NCBI GenBank assembly: GCA_023231475.1
Contig: JALJEE010002868.1
Location: 1-64,000, forward strand
Length of the DNA stretch: 64,000 bases
Reading direction: 5' to 3'
DNA from: Seison nebaliae
Taxonomy: Eukaryota
Translations under genes and position numbers: made by a program
The notes under the pieces: model-generated
Told to the model about the DNA's origin: nothing
Seen by the model: the letters and a program-made list of their open reading frames with translations, nothing else
Database searches by the model: none
Shown: piece after piece, positions 13,331 to 27,967 of the stretch
Layout: each line of letters opens with the position of its first letter
How positions within the stretch are numbered: the first letter of the stretch is position 1

Positions 13331-14983
13331 ATGACTGATGAATGTATTGGCACGTTTCGAACAGGAGGCCTTATCAATGGAACGAAGAGTTCGATATCTT
13401 TATCAATAAACAAGATGGATGAAATGATGAATGAGGAAATCGATCGATTGCGAAGTGAGTTAGAAGAAGCGGGAGAGAAGATATTTGAACGTGATAAACA
13501 GATTGAGGCGTTGATCAAGGTACAGGAGAAATTGGAGAAAGAGTATACCGAATTATCGGCCGCCGTTTTCGAAGAGGCCAATAAACAAATGAACTCGATG
13601 AAATTGAAAGAGATGTCAGCACATGAGGAGAAGAAGAATGCCGAAATGAAAGTTTTGATTGTTTTGAATAATTTATTAAAATTTGATAGGAATTTTTCAG
13701 ATCGAATGTATGACTACCGAATTACACCGTCTCAATCGTATAATTAAGGAAGAGACAATAAAGAAATCTGATTCGATGCCAAAAGTTTCCATTGAGTTCT
13801 CCGTCTCATCTCATCTCATCTCATTCCAATTGTCAGTTCTTCGGATCGTCTCAAATCTCTCCACAGGTCAGTTCTCACTCATTCATCATCATATCTATTT
13901 ACATTTTTACCATCTCATGTTTATTTTATTCAGTCCAATTTATCATCAGGTGCTCTATCGAACTCATCCTTCATTTCTTTCGTTCGTCGACATCGAGACA
14001 AACCGAAAAGTCATCGGAGAAATCATTCTAGTTTCATATCCTCCTTCACCGGATCCACTTTCTCCATTAACGATCTGTCAGATAAACAAATTTCGAATGT
14101 GGAAAGTTCATTTTTTATTAATTCAATTTCTCGTCTCTTAAATAATTTTTAGTTGAAGAAGATTTCGTCATCGAGACTAATCTCAAATGCATTTCTGATA
14201 TTAATTACAAGAAAAATTTAGAATGTTACAATGCGAAATTTCAAGTTAATTTTTTTTAATTTTTCTTCTTGCTCTTGTCGACGTTGCTTGGGTGTTTGGG
14301 ACGACGACAAAACAGAAAGAGTTTAAGAAATTTATTATAAAAACAATTTCTCCTTTTCTCTCGGGTATTTCGTTGTCAGTTGAAGGAAAGTTGTTTATAT
14401 TTCAAATTGTTTCTCGATTGGAAACGTAACACTAATAAAAAGCAAATAATCGGAAAAGATTTCCAGTCAAATCCATTCCTTCTCACTTTATATGATCTAA
14501 TCAAATCAGTTATTCCCATAGATGGCGATATAGTTTATTTTTATTAATTTATCATCTAATTCATCTCATGACTTTTTTTTTTGTTAAGTTCACTTCATTA
14601 TTCCACTCCATCATCACTCATACCATCGATATTCAACCATTAAGGTTTCCTCTCCATCTTAATTCATCACCATGTCTCCAACATGACCATTTTTGTCCAC
14701 TCCAGGAAAAATAAGAACAATGATAATAATTTTACTCATTCAATGAAATTAGACGAAAGTTGTAAACTAATTGAAATTAGTGAAGAAACGAGAAATAAAG
14801 TTTAGTTTGAAATTATTTTGCTATTAATCTCTTCTGAAGATCATCGCAATTTGTAATCTGATCGATTATCTGAAATACATCGCGACGGAAGTGGTGAAGT
14901 GTAATGAGATTGAAATGTACGCTCGAATAATACAACATCTCTCAATCTGCTTATTAAGTAAATTTGACTTTTTTTTCTACTAA
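13331..14983 (+). CDS. RAB3IP: Rab3A-interacting protein / Rabin8 (Sec2-domain Rab GEF), multi-exon; 5' end uncertain
   Basis: Sec2 motif 'LEKEYTELSAAVFEEANKQM'. Downstream exons match the family: 'SHRRNHS', 'LFLDWK..NPFL', 'HTIDIQPL', 'RNK|IIAICNLIDYLKYI...LSKFDFFFY*'. Inferred introns: 13652-13700, 14031-14081, 14106-14152, 14533-14588, 14645-14705, 14800-14839. Others are unresolved. Confidence 0.85.
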
Positions 14984-16700
14984 AATACTTTTCAGAGAGT
15001 TAAAACCGATTTTTTTTTCAATTTTACACACAATTTACACATTTTAACACAATCAACACATCCATCGCCCACTCGAATGTGATTTTAATTAATTTCCCGA
15101 TTTTTTCCCATTCCACATTGACCCGTATCTACTTAATAACGTATATATACATTGTGCATATTCTTCGTTCTTGTTCATTATTCACTGGACCTATAAAGTT
15201 TATTTAGTCGTCAAATTTCATTAAATAAAAATTTTCATATAAAGAAAAAAATCGATTATTTTATGGTTGTGACACAGTCCGCGTGATTGAGGACGTGGCT
15301 GGAGTTGGGAAGCATGATTTCAAGGTGAGTTTGGATTCTAATAAAACTTTCTTTCTAATAGTTCAACATTTGAGATGAGATTTTCTCCAGAGAGTTATGA
15401 CACGAAGAAAATATTTGACGAGATTGTTTTAGAATAATATGAATATCTTCGTCGCTGCCATGACGACGAGATGAAAAGAAGTCGGTCAAAAGATGATATT
15501 AACATAAATTATAGGAAAGGTATTACTCGAACTAATTTAAGAATGGACAATACTCGCGAAATGTGAGGAGATGGACTCAGAGTTGATGGGCGTTGGTTGA
15601 CTAGAATTGCCAATGTTATTGTTCGAATGTTGATGGTAAATGTTTATAGTTCTCATCTGACGGATGAATTTTGGACATTCAACGAATTCTAGTGAATTAC
15701 GAGAAAACATTCTTTCCAATTGTCATGGAAACTCATGTTTTTCTCACATACCATCATCTTCTTTGGAGTAGAATGAATTGCGAATAGATTGTTATTTGGT
15801 GTTCGAATATGTTGTCGGTTGCATAATAATTGTATTAAGGGCAGTATAAATTATTAAGTCCTGTTTCATTGATTATCGTCATCCTTCATTCATTCTCACT
15901 CTTATATCTTCTCGTTGAGAAACGGGAGACTTCTGTTTTCCTTTTCACTTCCAAGAAACATCTCCAGGAAATATCAAACTTTCATATTTCTCATGTCGGC
16001 TTTCCTTCCTATTTTGCTACGTCGCTCACTCTGCTTACTGTACGAATGGGGAACCGACTGATTGGGAGTCGAGCAAGCAGCTTATAGTAAGCCTCCTAAG
16101 CAATTCACTTCTTTCCTTGAGAAATATTCGTTTCTTCCTTTACGGAAGTCTTTTGCTTTACTAACAAAACAAAGTGGTAAATATGCAAATACAACTATTC
16201 CAATAATACTTTCACTTTGTTTAATTGAGGTCACATCATTGCCTGTTACGTAGAGTTTACTGTTCTACATGTACGTATTCCCCCCCGTACCTTACTTGCG
16301 CTCACATACATGTCGCGGGTGAACCTTACGTGAAAGAATCTCATCGAATACTTCTATAGGTACATCCACTAATTTTCTGAAGGAATTACTCACTAACTTT
16401 GGTTCAATTCTTCCGATTTACAATAACCATTTCTTCCTCACTTCTTCTTCTCCTTCTTCTTCTTATACCTATTAGAGAATAAAACGTTATTACCATTTCT
16501 TCTCTCTCTTTCTCTCTCTCTCTGTTTCGCACAAACCGATTCATATATGAGATTGAATATGAATTTCTTTCTATTCGTCTTCAAATAATCAGAGAATAGA
16601 AAACTTAATTCTCCCAGTAGGCGAGCTAGCTAACGTGGTGAGCCAAGGTGAAAATTTTTATTTTCAAATTGAACAAACCTACGTCAACTCTTCTCAGTCA

Positions 16701-18745
16701 ATGACATTGAAAAAAATTCCACATATTCGTCTCAATGATGACAATGAAGTGTTCGAATCGTTTGCTCGTATGAGCGAACTGGGTAAAGGTGCATTTGGTC
16801 AAGTCTTCCACGTAATAGAATGTACGACGAGAGAGAATTACGCTATGAAGATTATTAGGAAACATAAAGTTTGATTCGATTGACAGGAAATTTCCATTTG
16901 CTCGCCATCAATCTTTAGATCGGCAGTCGTGAAGCAATATCTCTGAGTAATGAAATTGAGATATTGAAGAAAGTGAATCATCCGAACCTCCTTCGAATTT
17001 TTCGAGTGATTGAAACTCGTAAAAATGTTTATTTGATAACGGAATTATGTAACGGTGGTGAATTGGGCAGTGTTCTGAAAAAAAAGACGAAACTACCAGA
17101 GAGAATCGTGAGAAAATTCGTTCAATTGATAGCGAATGCTCTCGCTTATCTCCATAAACATTGTTTGTCGTTTCATCTCTTCTTATTTCTATTACTCCTA
17201 ATTATTAGCTATTGTTCATCGTGATCTGAAATTGGAGAATATTTTGTTAACGATTCCATATTGTGAATCTAACGATTCGGATATAAATCTCAAAGTTTCT
17301 CTTCTCTTAACTCAATTGCGAGAAATAGTAAAAAGATTTCAGATTTCGGTTTAAGTGAAACAAGAGCGACGCTCAATCAATCCGGTTTACTCGACGGTTT
17401 CTGCGGTACCCCCAACTATATGGGTTTCCGACGTCTTTTTAAATTTTTCCAACGATTTCTCTTTGTTTAATAGCTCCCGAAATCATCGACAATAAACATT
17501 ATAGTCAACAATGTGATATTTGGGCTTTCGGAATTATCATTTTCAAATTGTTACCTTACTCATTTAAATTATGGTTCTTTTTGATGGTTCCCTTCCTCGA
17601 CAGATTGGTGGGGAAATATCCGTTTGAACATGACAATTCGTCTCAATTGATGAAATCGATTTGTACGAAAGACGTGAATTGGAAGCAACTTCACATCAGC
17701 GAGGAATGTTTAGATTTATTGAAAAGAACGTTACACAAAGATCCGGCACACAGGATTTGTTCATCCGAAATTCTCAATCATCCATTCTATCAAGTTCCTC
17801 CTCATTTCACTTATTTCATGTTAACGAGGTTGTGATAATTATTAGAACAAAAAATTTACAGAGTGTGACATTCGTCTAACGAAGAACATCATCGAATTGA
17901 TGAGAGAACATAACAACGAGAAGAAATCAGAGAACGTGGTGGAACGGAATAAAAAAATCATCAAATGCTCTTCGGCGAAAACGCGAAAATTCGCGACGAA
18001 TCTTCCATTAAACGTCATATTTCGTCGCGATCGAATGAAGAGTCCCTATCCGAGGAAAGACGTCGAACAACGTATCAAATCGACGAGGGAGAAATATGAG
18101 GCTAAATTCAATTTGAATAATTCGAGAGATTTGAAATTATCTCCCGACTATTTACCGTTAGTGAATGATCGATATAATTGGAGACGGACGAACACTGATC
18201 CGATACGCCGATTACGTTCCGAACAGAATGACGATAAAAAGAATGACTTAACATCCATTCTCAAATCGGACATGAAACGACAAGTCCAAACGTCGATGTC
18301 CACAAATCATCCGATGATGAAGGATGGGGATCATCGGTCACAAGACGTTGATCAATTGAACGAGAAATTGAAAGTGGAATTGAAAGTGAATGTGAGAAGT
18401 AATAATGCACAGAAATTGAGAATGGAAGCAGCGAAGAGACAAATGCAATTATTCTCTTCAGAAGTGAAAGTTTCCAATCGTTTCCTCCCCAAAACCAGAA
18501 AAAGTTCTTCTTCAGCCAAATGTAAAGTTAGAAATTTAAGGAGAAAAACAAATTTAATTAATTTCCAAAGATATCCATCGTTCCAAAACGTACGACTACT
18601 CTACTCGCCACATGTGATAAATGAGATATCCTACAACTGCCTCCCTATAAATAGACATTGTCCATATGAAATTTCTAACATGAACCTCCTCTTCCCTTTC
18701 CCACATTCTCCATCTGTAAAAGCAAATCGGAAGATCGAAATTTAA
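16701..18745 (+). CDS. STK33: Serine/threonine kinase 33 (CAMK group) with a long basic C-terminal tail
   Basis: Motifs: 'KIPHIRL', 'LGKGAFG', 'IVHRDLKLENIL..INLK|ISDFGL', 'CGTPNYM|APE', 'YSQQCDIW', 'NIIELMR'. Introns: 16869-16918, 17163-17208, 17295-17335, 17424-17473, 17550-17603, 17794-17845. The tail may contain further introns. Confidence 0.9.
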
Positions 18746-18813
18746 GAAAATCGTTTAGTTCTCATTGTGGAAAGAAGTCTCATTCGATCGAAAAATCGTT
18801 TTTTCAACTTCTC

Positions 18814-19344
18814 ATGAAAATGCTCTTCAATTCGTTCGTCACATTACTCGTTTATTTGGTGATGAATGTGCAATCACGTCCCATCGTCACTCAGCCTGAT
18901 GTTCCTTATATCAAGAATTATAATGGAACCATCTCCATCTCATGGCATCGAATGATTGATGACTATATCTCCAAATTATTCTACGATAGGAAGTTGAATG
19001 TTACCGAGGATCTGATCAATAAACCGGAAGTTGACATTATTCACATCGAACCGGATCGACCTTATTTGGACAATTTCGAAAATCTCTCACAACCGGAAAT
19101 GACGATAATGAACGATCTAAATGATGTGATCCATTCGAATAACGAAGTACTTGATCGAGAATCGCATAAAGAAATCATTCCGATATTTGACGGGAAATTC
19201 AATGAAATGAAACAGTTCGATCAGTTTGATGAGGATACGCGCGAGAATTTGGAAGCGATTGAACCGGCGAAGAACAACGATCAACAAATGGATCGAGAAC
19301 AAAGAATATGTTGCAACTCCAACTACTGGCAACCGTTCGCTTAA
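18814..19344 (+). CDS. Secreted precursor-like protein (176 aa)
   Basis: Hydrophobic N-terminus 'MKMLFNSFVTLLVYLVMNVQS', an acidic Asp/Glu/Asn body, and a C-terminus 'REQR-ICCNSNYWQPFA'. Confidence 0.7.
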   Translation: MKMLFNSFVTLLVYLVMNVQSRPIVTQPDVPYIKNYNGTISISWHRMIDDYISKLFYDRKLNVTEDLINKPEVDIIHIEPDRPYLDNFENLSQPEMTIMNDLNDVIHSNNEVLDRESHKEIIPIFDGKFNEMKQFDQFDEDTRENLEAIEPAKNNDQQMDREQRICCNSNYWQPFA

Positions 19345-19981
19345 CATAGTATGCGATTAATGAATTAATTGATGATTTTCTCGTTTCCTCTCATTCCGAT
19401 TTGCCAATCGATAATCCATATTTTTTTATTAATTTAATTTCTATTCTAATCAATTTATTTATTTGATGCGTGATCGATCGGATCGATCGATTTGTTAGTT
19501 TCAAAAAAAAATTTTTAAGTTTATTAATTAACAGATATGAATTGATACATATGCAAGAATGAATGAATGAATGAATGAATGAGTGAATGAAATGAAATGA
19601 AAAGAAAGGAAAGATGAAGGAAAGTTCCATAAGAGAATAATTGGATCATATAATGATGAACTTAGTTTTATTGAATTTAAAATTCACAAGATAAAAGGGA
19701 AATTTGAAAAGACTGTTTCATCACTACAACCAGATATGTAATATGATTATTGACGGTGGAAGTTGATGTCCGGAACGACATAATATTAGGGCCGAATATG
19801 AATCGATTATTATTATGGAAATTAGAAAAGAAGAAATTGTTGTTTCGCTTGGTCGATATGAGAAATTTTGGGTTGTATATATGATGTGTGGGCGGTTGTG
19901 TGTGCTGTTGTATAAATGTGTGTGTTTATTTGTGAAATGGTTTCTTTAAAATTGAAAATGATTTAAAAGGTTTAAAACGTT

Positions 19982-20029
19982 TGTGTGTGTGCATGTGTGT
20001 GTCTCTGTGTGTGTGTGTGTGTGTGTGTG
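19982..20029. repeat. Interrupted (TG)n microsatellite
   Basis: Directly visible. Confidence 0.9.
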
Positions 20030-21308
20030 AAGAAAGATGGAAATGTGGGAATCGATCACGATCATGGAGCAAGAGAGTTAAAGATCAATAGAATAAGATT
20101 TAGATAACTGTTCGGAGAGAATTACATGTTTACTCTGTATAAAATTGAAGATTTCCTGTTGTGATGTGCTAGGAAAGGGAGAGAAGAAGGGCGAAAAAAA
20201 ATTTGACTTTACAATCATCCGATTCCGGTTACTGTTGTTGTTTGTGTGGTTCACTTGTGAAAATGATAATTCGAAAGTAAAAGTAGGAAATGAAATTAAT
20301 GTTCGGAGGAATGGAATGAGATCACATCTGAATGAAATGGTGAAAGTAAATGGAAATTGTTTAAAATCAAATTTATCAATAATTATCTAATTTAGGATTG
20401 ATGTGTTGATTGAAGTGATAATAAGAATAATAATAAAAATAAGAATAAAATCCATCAAATCTAATTCTGTCTATTGGCGTTCTTATTATGTTTTCGTTTT
20501 TCATGATAATTGTCTGTCTCGATATGTTTAGTGGAGAATGAGTAAAATTTCATTTTATGCAAATAACTTCATGATGATAATGATGATGATGATGATGATG
20601 AAATCATCGAGTCCTATTCGATAAGACACGAGGAAGAATGAGAGAAAAACGTTGAAGTTTTTTCTTCATACTACAACTACAAGAAAGATGAACCAATTTT
20701 TAGTCATCGCCAACTGCACGAAAATTGAGAGAATTAACTAAGAGAATGAATCGATAAGAGTTTTTGAATAAATTTCATTCAAATAATATTTTTAATCGAT
20801 TATCGATTGTTGTGTGAAATATATAAATCATCAACGAACGACAGCTGCCGAATCGGGACTAATCGGCGAATGAGTTCTCGATCGATTGGGGATGGTGAAA
20901 AGGGAAATGAAACAAATTTCTAATCTAATGAAAAGACAAATATGGTGTGTTTGAAACGAATCAATAAATTGGAAAATGAGAGAAATTAGAAAAATAATTT
21001 GACTTGTTCTCTTTGATAGAATAAAAAGAAAGAAAATGATAACAACGGTGATGGTGATTGGGAGTCGTGTCGAATGATAATAGTCGTGTTGAGGAGATGG
21101 TGGGCGGGTGGTTTGGAAGAGTTGTCTACCTTATTCATTAAATAATTGATCACCGAGAAGAGGGTTTTCATACGGAAACACATTTTATTTGTTTATCCTT
21201 TTTTTTATTGTTGAAATGAAGACTTGCAATTTGCTAGACTGCTGATGATGATTATTATTATTAATAATTATAATGTTATGGTAGAGTTTGAAGTAATGAA
21301 GATGACAA

Positions 21309-21340
<32 letters not shown>

Positions 21341-21427
21341 GGAATAGATACCGGGAAATGTTGATGATGTTGTGTAAGAAGTTTTTCGTAAAAGTTGGAA
21401 GGAGAGATGGAACAAAGACAGTTCCGA

Positions 21428-24400
21428 TCAGTAAATCGAAAGAATACCATCATCACCTTTCCTCGCCCTCACCATATCCTCCTCATACGTAGTGATGGAC
21501 CACTGCTCCGGATTGTTGATGACTGGCGACGATTGAGCAGACGACGATGTAGATGAGGAATAATTGGAGGCGGATGAAACACTTTGTGGTGAGTACAGAG
21601 AGTCATTCGACATAGTATGAAAGAGAGTGGAGGCTGTCACTGTCGTTGATGATTGTGAGAAATATGATGATGATGTTGATAATGTTGATGATGATGATGA
21701 TGAGGAAATATTATTTACAAATATCTTCTTTGGTGAACTACATCGGAAATGGGAATATTGAGACTTTGAGAAATTATCAAGATCTTCATTATTAATACGA
21801 TCCAATTTCCTTGCTGTCGTCGTCGGTGTTGTTGTTGTGGTTGGATCTTCTTTAATGAGCGGTATTCTAACAGAAAGTAACGGTAGAATGGTGAAGGATG
21901 TTGTTGTTGTTGTTTTCCTATTTGTTCCAATGTTTTCCGTTGATGACGTTTTGGAAGGCGATGATGTTGTTGGAGGTGTTGATGGTGCAATCGATATAAA
22001 TAATGGTTGTGCCCTTTCCTCATATTGATTGGATTGACTTTCCGTTTTATTGTCTCGAGTGGTGGTGGTGGTGGTGTGATCATGAGACGACTCGTCGATT
22101 CTCAAATCGGAGAGAGGAGTACGACGTTCTAATTCATCAATCGGTTCGATGTGTTCTGTAGACGAATATTGACTACGTGCTAGACAAATATCACCAACAC
22201 GAAGTTTGATGCATTTCATTCCATATCGACGTTCCGTCAACGACGGACAAATAGAACACCATTGTTGTGATATCGTATTAAACAACGGTTCTGCTTCCGT
22301 CAAAAAGAGGAAGATCTGTTAGGAAAAGAAAAATAATTGAACTTCATCACAAGAAAGAAATAACTGTTCGATTTGATGTCGTTCCATCATTAACGGACGA
22401 TGAAGGATTTTCTATTGACGTTGACGGACAAATGTTCACATCGATATGAGTCGTTCTTGTCGTGATGGTGGTTGATGTGAGTGGGAGACTAATTGAATCG
22501 GTCATCGAAGTCGTCGAACAAGAAAAGAAAGTTGACGTGGATGTTGTGGTGGTGGAGGAGATGGTGGATGTGGCAGAAAGAAATGATTGAGGAAGTACAT
22601 CCAATTTGAGTTTAACTTGTGATTTGGATCTTCTCAATAATTCGTCGTCTTCACTGGAATCATCTTTCCGGATTAGACAACTCCCACCATTCCCATCACT
22701 CCCACCATAATAATAATCATCTTCGGTCTGTAATGAATCAGAAGATTGTGATGGTGATTCGTCATTCCTCTTCAACGACATAATGGGTGATGGAACTGGA
22801 TCATTCTTGTCCAATTCCATATCAGACAACGAGAGAGAAGAGGAAGATGATGAATCTTTTATAAAAAATTGTTTCTTCAATGTTCTCGTGGGCTGACAAT
22901 GTTGAGACAATTGAGATTCTGCTATCGATTGTTTCGAAGTAGTTGAAGGAGTGGATGTGCCACTGAATTTCACATTTTCTTTTGATGACAACCACAAATG
23001 TTTGTGGTCAATTCGTTTGTGAATGTCGTCTGTTGTACCTTTTCCTAATGACTCACGATTCGTTGTGGAATATAAGAAGGATGATGGCGAGTCGGTCGTT
23101 GATGGTAATTGTGTTGATTTTTGATTAGACAACAAATTTTTCTTTTTCATTTTCCGAAATAGTTTCGAAGAGATTCGTCGTTTTTTCCGATATTTAAATG
23201 ATTTCCTCTTCAATTTCCTCTTATTCTTCGTTATAATCTCCAGAATGCGACAAGCATGTAAACGGATCTTCTTCAATTTCCTCCTCTCGTCTGTTGTCCT
23301 TAAAATAATTTGCTCTATAGTCGGTGTGAGAGTGGCGGTGGTTGGTGTTCGTGGAATGCCACTGAGCGATTGAGACATGGCCAAAGATGGTGAGCCTACG
23401 ATTGTGGTGGATGTGGTTGTATGAACGGTAGTGGAAGAAGGAGGAGTGACAGTGAGTGGAGATTTATTAAAATATTCAGCAGATGAAATGAAATCATCAC
23501 GATGTAATTCCATTATCGATTTTCTGACATTATCCTGAAGTTGAATAATATTATCGGAATTGAAAACGCGAAACGGATCGATTGGGAAACATTTGGATGA
23601 CGATCGTTTCGCTGAGGATTGTGTCGTTGGTGATTTCTTTTCTGATTTCTCCCATTTCCGTTGACGATTCTCCTTGTTCGATCGATCACTTCTCAATCTC
23701 TCGTCGTCATTACTCTCCATCATTCGTTCATCGGTTGACACTGGAGATATATTTTCAAAGTTCGTTCCACATGTCAATTCAGAAGTCTCTTCTGGGTTCT
23801 CTTGTCGTTGTTGTTGTTCGAGTAAATATCGATATAAAGAACTCAACAATTCTTTATCGGTCGATGATGTAGTAGTAGTGATGGCAGTTTGACTGGTAGT
23901 TGTGACATTTGTGACGATTGAATGAGAGAGATCTGATGAGAAAGTGGAATTCGACTGGTTCTCACGTTCAGTTGAGAGATTACTTCCATGGAAATTCTGC
24001 AAGAGGAACGTGAGAGCATCGGACAAGCGTTTGGACAGATATGAATATTCAGCTGTTTGAGAACTAGTCTCGGTGTGTGTACGAGTGCGACTGGATTGTG
24101 AAATTGTGCTAGATCTGCCTATTTCCTCCAATTGATGAGATTCATCTTTTTCTAATGACATGTCGCTGGTGCTCGTCCAATGATGGATAGATGATGTGGA
24201 TCGATGCTGTTCTATTTGAGGGAGTTGTGACAAATTATATGAATGAGATTGACAATATTGAAGTGGATTAGATGGGTGGGATTGATATGATGACGATGAT
24301 GATAATTCGACTTGTTGCTTCTCCTCCTCCTCCTTACTTCGACTACTCCTCAATTGACTTAACGTTCTCAACAATTCATTCGAGATCGATTCATCCAATA

Positions 24401-25363
24401 AATTGAGTTCGATAGAATCTGATGGTTGTTCGTCGGTCGACTGTTCACGTTGAGGAGAATAATGTGATTTTGGTTGGGACACACCTCTTCGTTTCGTTAT
24501 GAGACCCTCGATGAATTTCTGTCGCTGTTCCAACATTTTTGATTGGCGAATCCCTGAGAAGGAAGCCGTCGTACTAGTTGAAAGATATGAGTGTAATATG
24601 GAATCAGATAAATCTGGTCGTTTCTCTGATGATTTCGATACATGTTTATAGGACTGCTCTAATCTTAATGAAGTGGGAGATTGGTGTTGTTGTTGTTGTT
24701 GATGATGATGATGATGATGATGTTGTTGTTGTTGTTGTTGACGAATAGGATACTGTTGCTGCAATTGCTGTCTGAGGGAAGCATGAGGTAAATGACGAGA
24801 CGATGAATCATATCGAACAGATTCACTCGATGGATTGAAATCGGATTGAAGGAGTTCGGTTGTTAAATCGATTGGATTTTGATGTTGGAGAGAAGTTTGT
24901 ACATAAATTGACGACAAAACGTTGGAGAGATGAGATGGTATCATGCTCTTGGATGTGGTGATGGTGGGGAAGAAGGATGAAGTTGTGATGATTCGAGTGA
25001 TAGAACGATGATGGTCAAAAGATGATTGACGTGATGATTGTTCTCTCAATTGTTCGTGTCTCTGCGTGTCATACGACAAGATAGAAGGCGATGTTGCAGT
25101 TCTATTGATAGCAGAAGATATCGGTGATAACTGAGAAGATGATGACGATAAAGAAAACGGTCTAACAGATCTATCCTGACCATAACCCTGATGATATGCT
25201 GTTGAATATAAACATGGTGTAGTCGTTGAGAGAGATGGTATACTTTGATGTTTTAATTGTTCTTTTCGTTCTTGATGATAATGACGTTGTTGTTGTTGTT
25301 GTTGTTGATGGTGATAATGATGAAGAGGATTGTGTCCAATATGTTGTTCATATGAATATCTAA

Positions 25364-25402
<39 letters not shown>

Positions 25403-25910
25403 GGTACTGGTGCTGTTGCTGGTGGTGTTGTTGTGGAAAGAGTAGATTGGATGTAGTGAATGAAACGAAATTGCCTATTTGATGTTCACATCCCGGTGGA
25501 CGTTGTTGTTGTTGAGATGGATAATTTAATTGTTGATGTAACTGATGTTTAACATTAGTTGGTTGATATGTGGACGCGGGATGTTGTCCCGTTATATTGA
25601 AATAAGAAATATTAGGATTGATAACTGTTGTTGTTGTGGGTGGTGGTGGTGGTGGTGCTGCTGATGGTGTGGTAGTTATAGTAGAATGAGTAAGATTGAT
25701 GGATGTACCTGATAGGAGTGTTGTAATGATTCTTGAACATAAAGTGGGAACAGTGAATGATGGAGTAATAGTTGCACTAGTATTAGTTGTAGTAGAGATG
25801 GGATTATTAGAGCCACTTACTCGCAATGATGATGAGGATGATGATGATAACTTTTCCGACTTTGAACAACCGTGCTCATTGTCATATTCATTCTGTTTTC
25901 TTCCACTCAT
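21428..25910 (-). CDS. Large low-complexity (Ser/Thr/Gln/His) protein of about 1475 aa, probably nuclear; two exons, 5' end may extend
   Basis: The 1187 aa and 291 aa ORFs join in frame through a 49 nt GTT..CAG intron (22364-22316), giving 'SNRT|IFLFLTEAEP'. Contains poly-Q/H/S/T runs and an NLS-like 'KRKLKRKSFKYRKKRR'. Confidence 0.75.
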
Positions 25911-27967
25911 TGATGTTGTGTAGATGATTCCATAATATATTCAAATATTGACAACAACCAACGAGTTCGTTAATGATAAAACAAGAAACATTCAAGAAAT
26001 TATTCAGCTTTCTCTCGTGTTCGCCGCTCAGCTCCGGTTTCGGAGTACGGCGCAAATTCCATTCACAATGACGATAACTTCACTTTCTGTGAGAAACTAT
26101 GAAAATGGAGAAAAATCGATTAATCTCTAATCTACGCATACCGATTTGTAAAATTTCTAGAGCACAAAACTTTTCATTTCTCCTATTTCTTGTAAATTCG
26201 AACAGAAAATGTTTTGTATAAATAAGACGTTTTTTTTTGGGTGGACAAATTCGGAACTATAACCATTTCACAGTACTCTCCTTCTACAGAAGTTTGGATG
26301 GAAAAAATTATTTTAACTAATCGTACGAAACAGTCATTTCTATAATAAAAACGAACCATAATGAAATGAAGATGCCATTCCAATTAAATGGATGGCGGAA
26401 AAAGGAAATATTGGTAGGAATTCTCAATTGAAATTCTCAATAAATTGAAGTGAATAAAATAAGTATCAAATTTTTCTCTATATGTCGAATAAGTTACGCT
26501 TATACATGTTCACATCGTAAATTTCACAACCTATATACATGGCCAGCCTACAGGTAAGGAATAAATTCACAATTCCTTATTCTTCATGATCATCATGTTT
26601 ATTCTCTTCATCGTTGTCCCAATCGATCTGTTTCGTTGATATGAAATGCTCCGCATATATGCAACTCACACAATAATAACATTTCCTTTAACATATGTTA
26701 TATATCGCTCTAATTTTGGCTTCAATGCCAAACAATGTAGCAATTCTTAAAAGAAACGGTTGATACCTGGTCCGGTGGATGACCAAAGCTCAACCAGATG
26801 AGTTCAACGGAACAAATTACACCGCCATTGCCTTCCTTCCTAAAAGAAACACTAGACAAATCGAATAGAAGGCTAACTAAATAGAAAAGGAAAAAGAAAC
26901 AGATATCTCCTTCATTCATGGACCTTTCCACATTATATAACTCTTACACACACCAACTCACACGCACTCGCACGCACACACACATACACACACATACACA
27001 CTCCAACTTCGCCACATACGCACACACATACAATTATCAACGAACGGACACAGGCGCATGTATACTTACTTCTACCATAAATTGGTTGAATAATATTTGC
27101 TAGTTGGTCCATAATTTTATACAATATCTCCATACATATACATGAATACATTATCCCCATATGCATACACTAACACACGGCAACATACGTCTAGAGACCA
27201 CCATCACTGAGTATAAAAGAAGTAAAAGATAAAATGAGAATTAATAGACACCATCCATTATGGCAAGAGAGAAGGAGCCGCTAGTCGATAATAATTAGAG
27301 AGAAATAATGTTCAGTGAATATGTAATAATAATTCATCAACACGAACTTCATCATTTTCTACAAACGTTGAAAAAAACTGATTTGACATATCGCACATAC
27401 ATAGTGTACGCATACTCCGGAGTCGTACTCAAGTGCTATCGATCTCATATTGAGTCGGAGATCGAGATAACTATTCCTATTCTTCGTAGCATACACAGCC
27501 AAACATATACTGAAAGGAATCCACCCAAACCTAGTGGATTGTACACGCAACTGATAAAGAAACTTTAATCTTTCTCACATCATACACGAATGAATATGGA
27601 CCATTAAGGTTGAAGGATTATTAATAGGAAAGGAAGGAATTATATTTTTCTCACTTTCATCAAAATATTAATTATAATACATTACATAACATAATTAGAC
27701 ATCTATTCATGTGTACAGTCGACCAGCTACATGTTATGTAAAAGATGCTCGCTGCTAAACAGACATCAAATCATGACAGTTGCTACAACAGAAAGGAAAT
27801 TTTATAGAAACTTTTCTTATATAAAAGAAAACTTTAAAACTTATTTCCTTGATCTATTTACTCTACAACAACATCTTACTTTATGACGCTATGTGTATCA
27901 CTACACGTATTTTATATAATAAACAAACAGCCTAATGACTCCATTTCACTAAAGTACGCTATGCTTT

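Noticed and set aside
18470..18570. Two candidate GTT introns (18470-18515, 18527-18570) around an 11 nt micro-exon in the STK33 tail
   Set aside because: Plausible, but the ORF is open without them and there is no homology anchor. Excluded from the counts.
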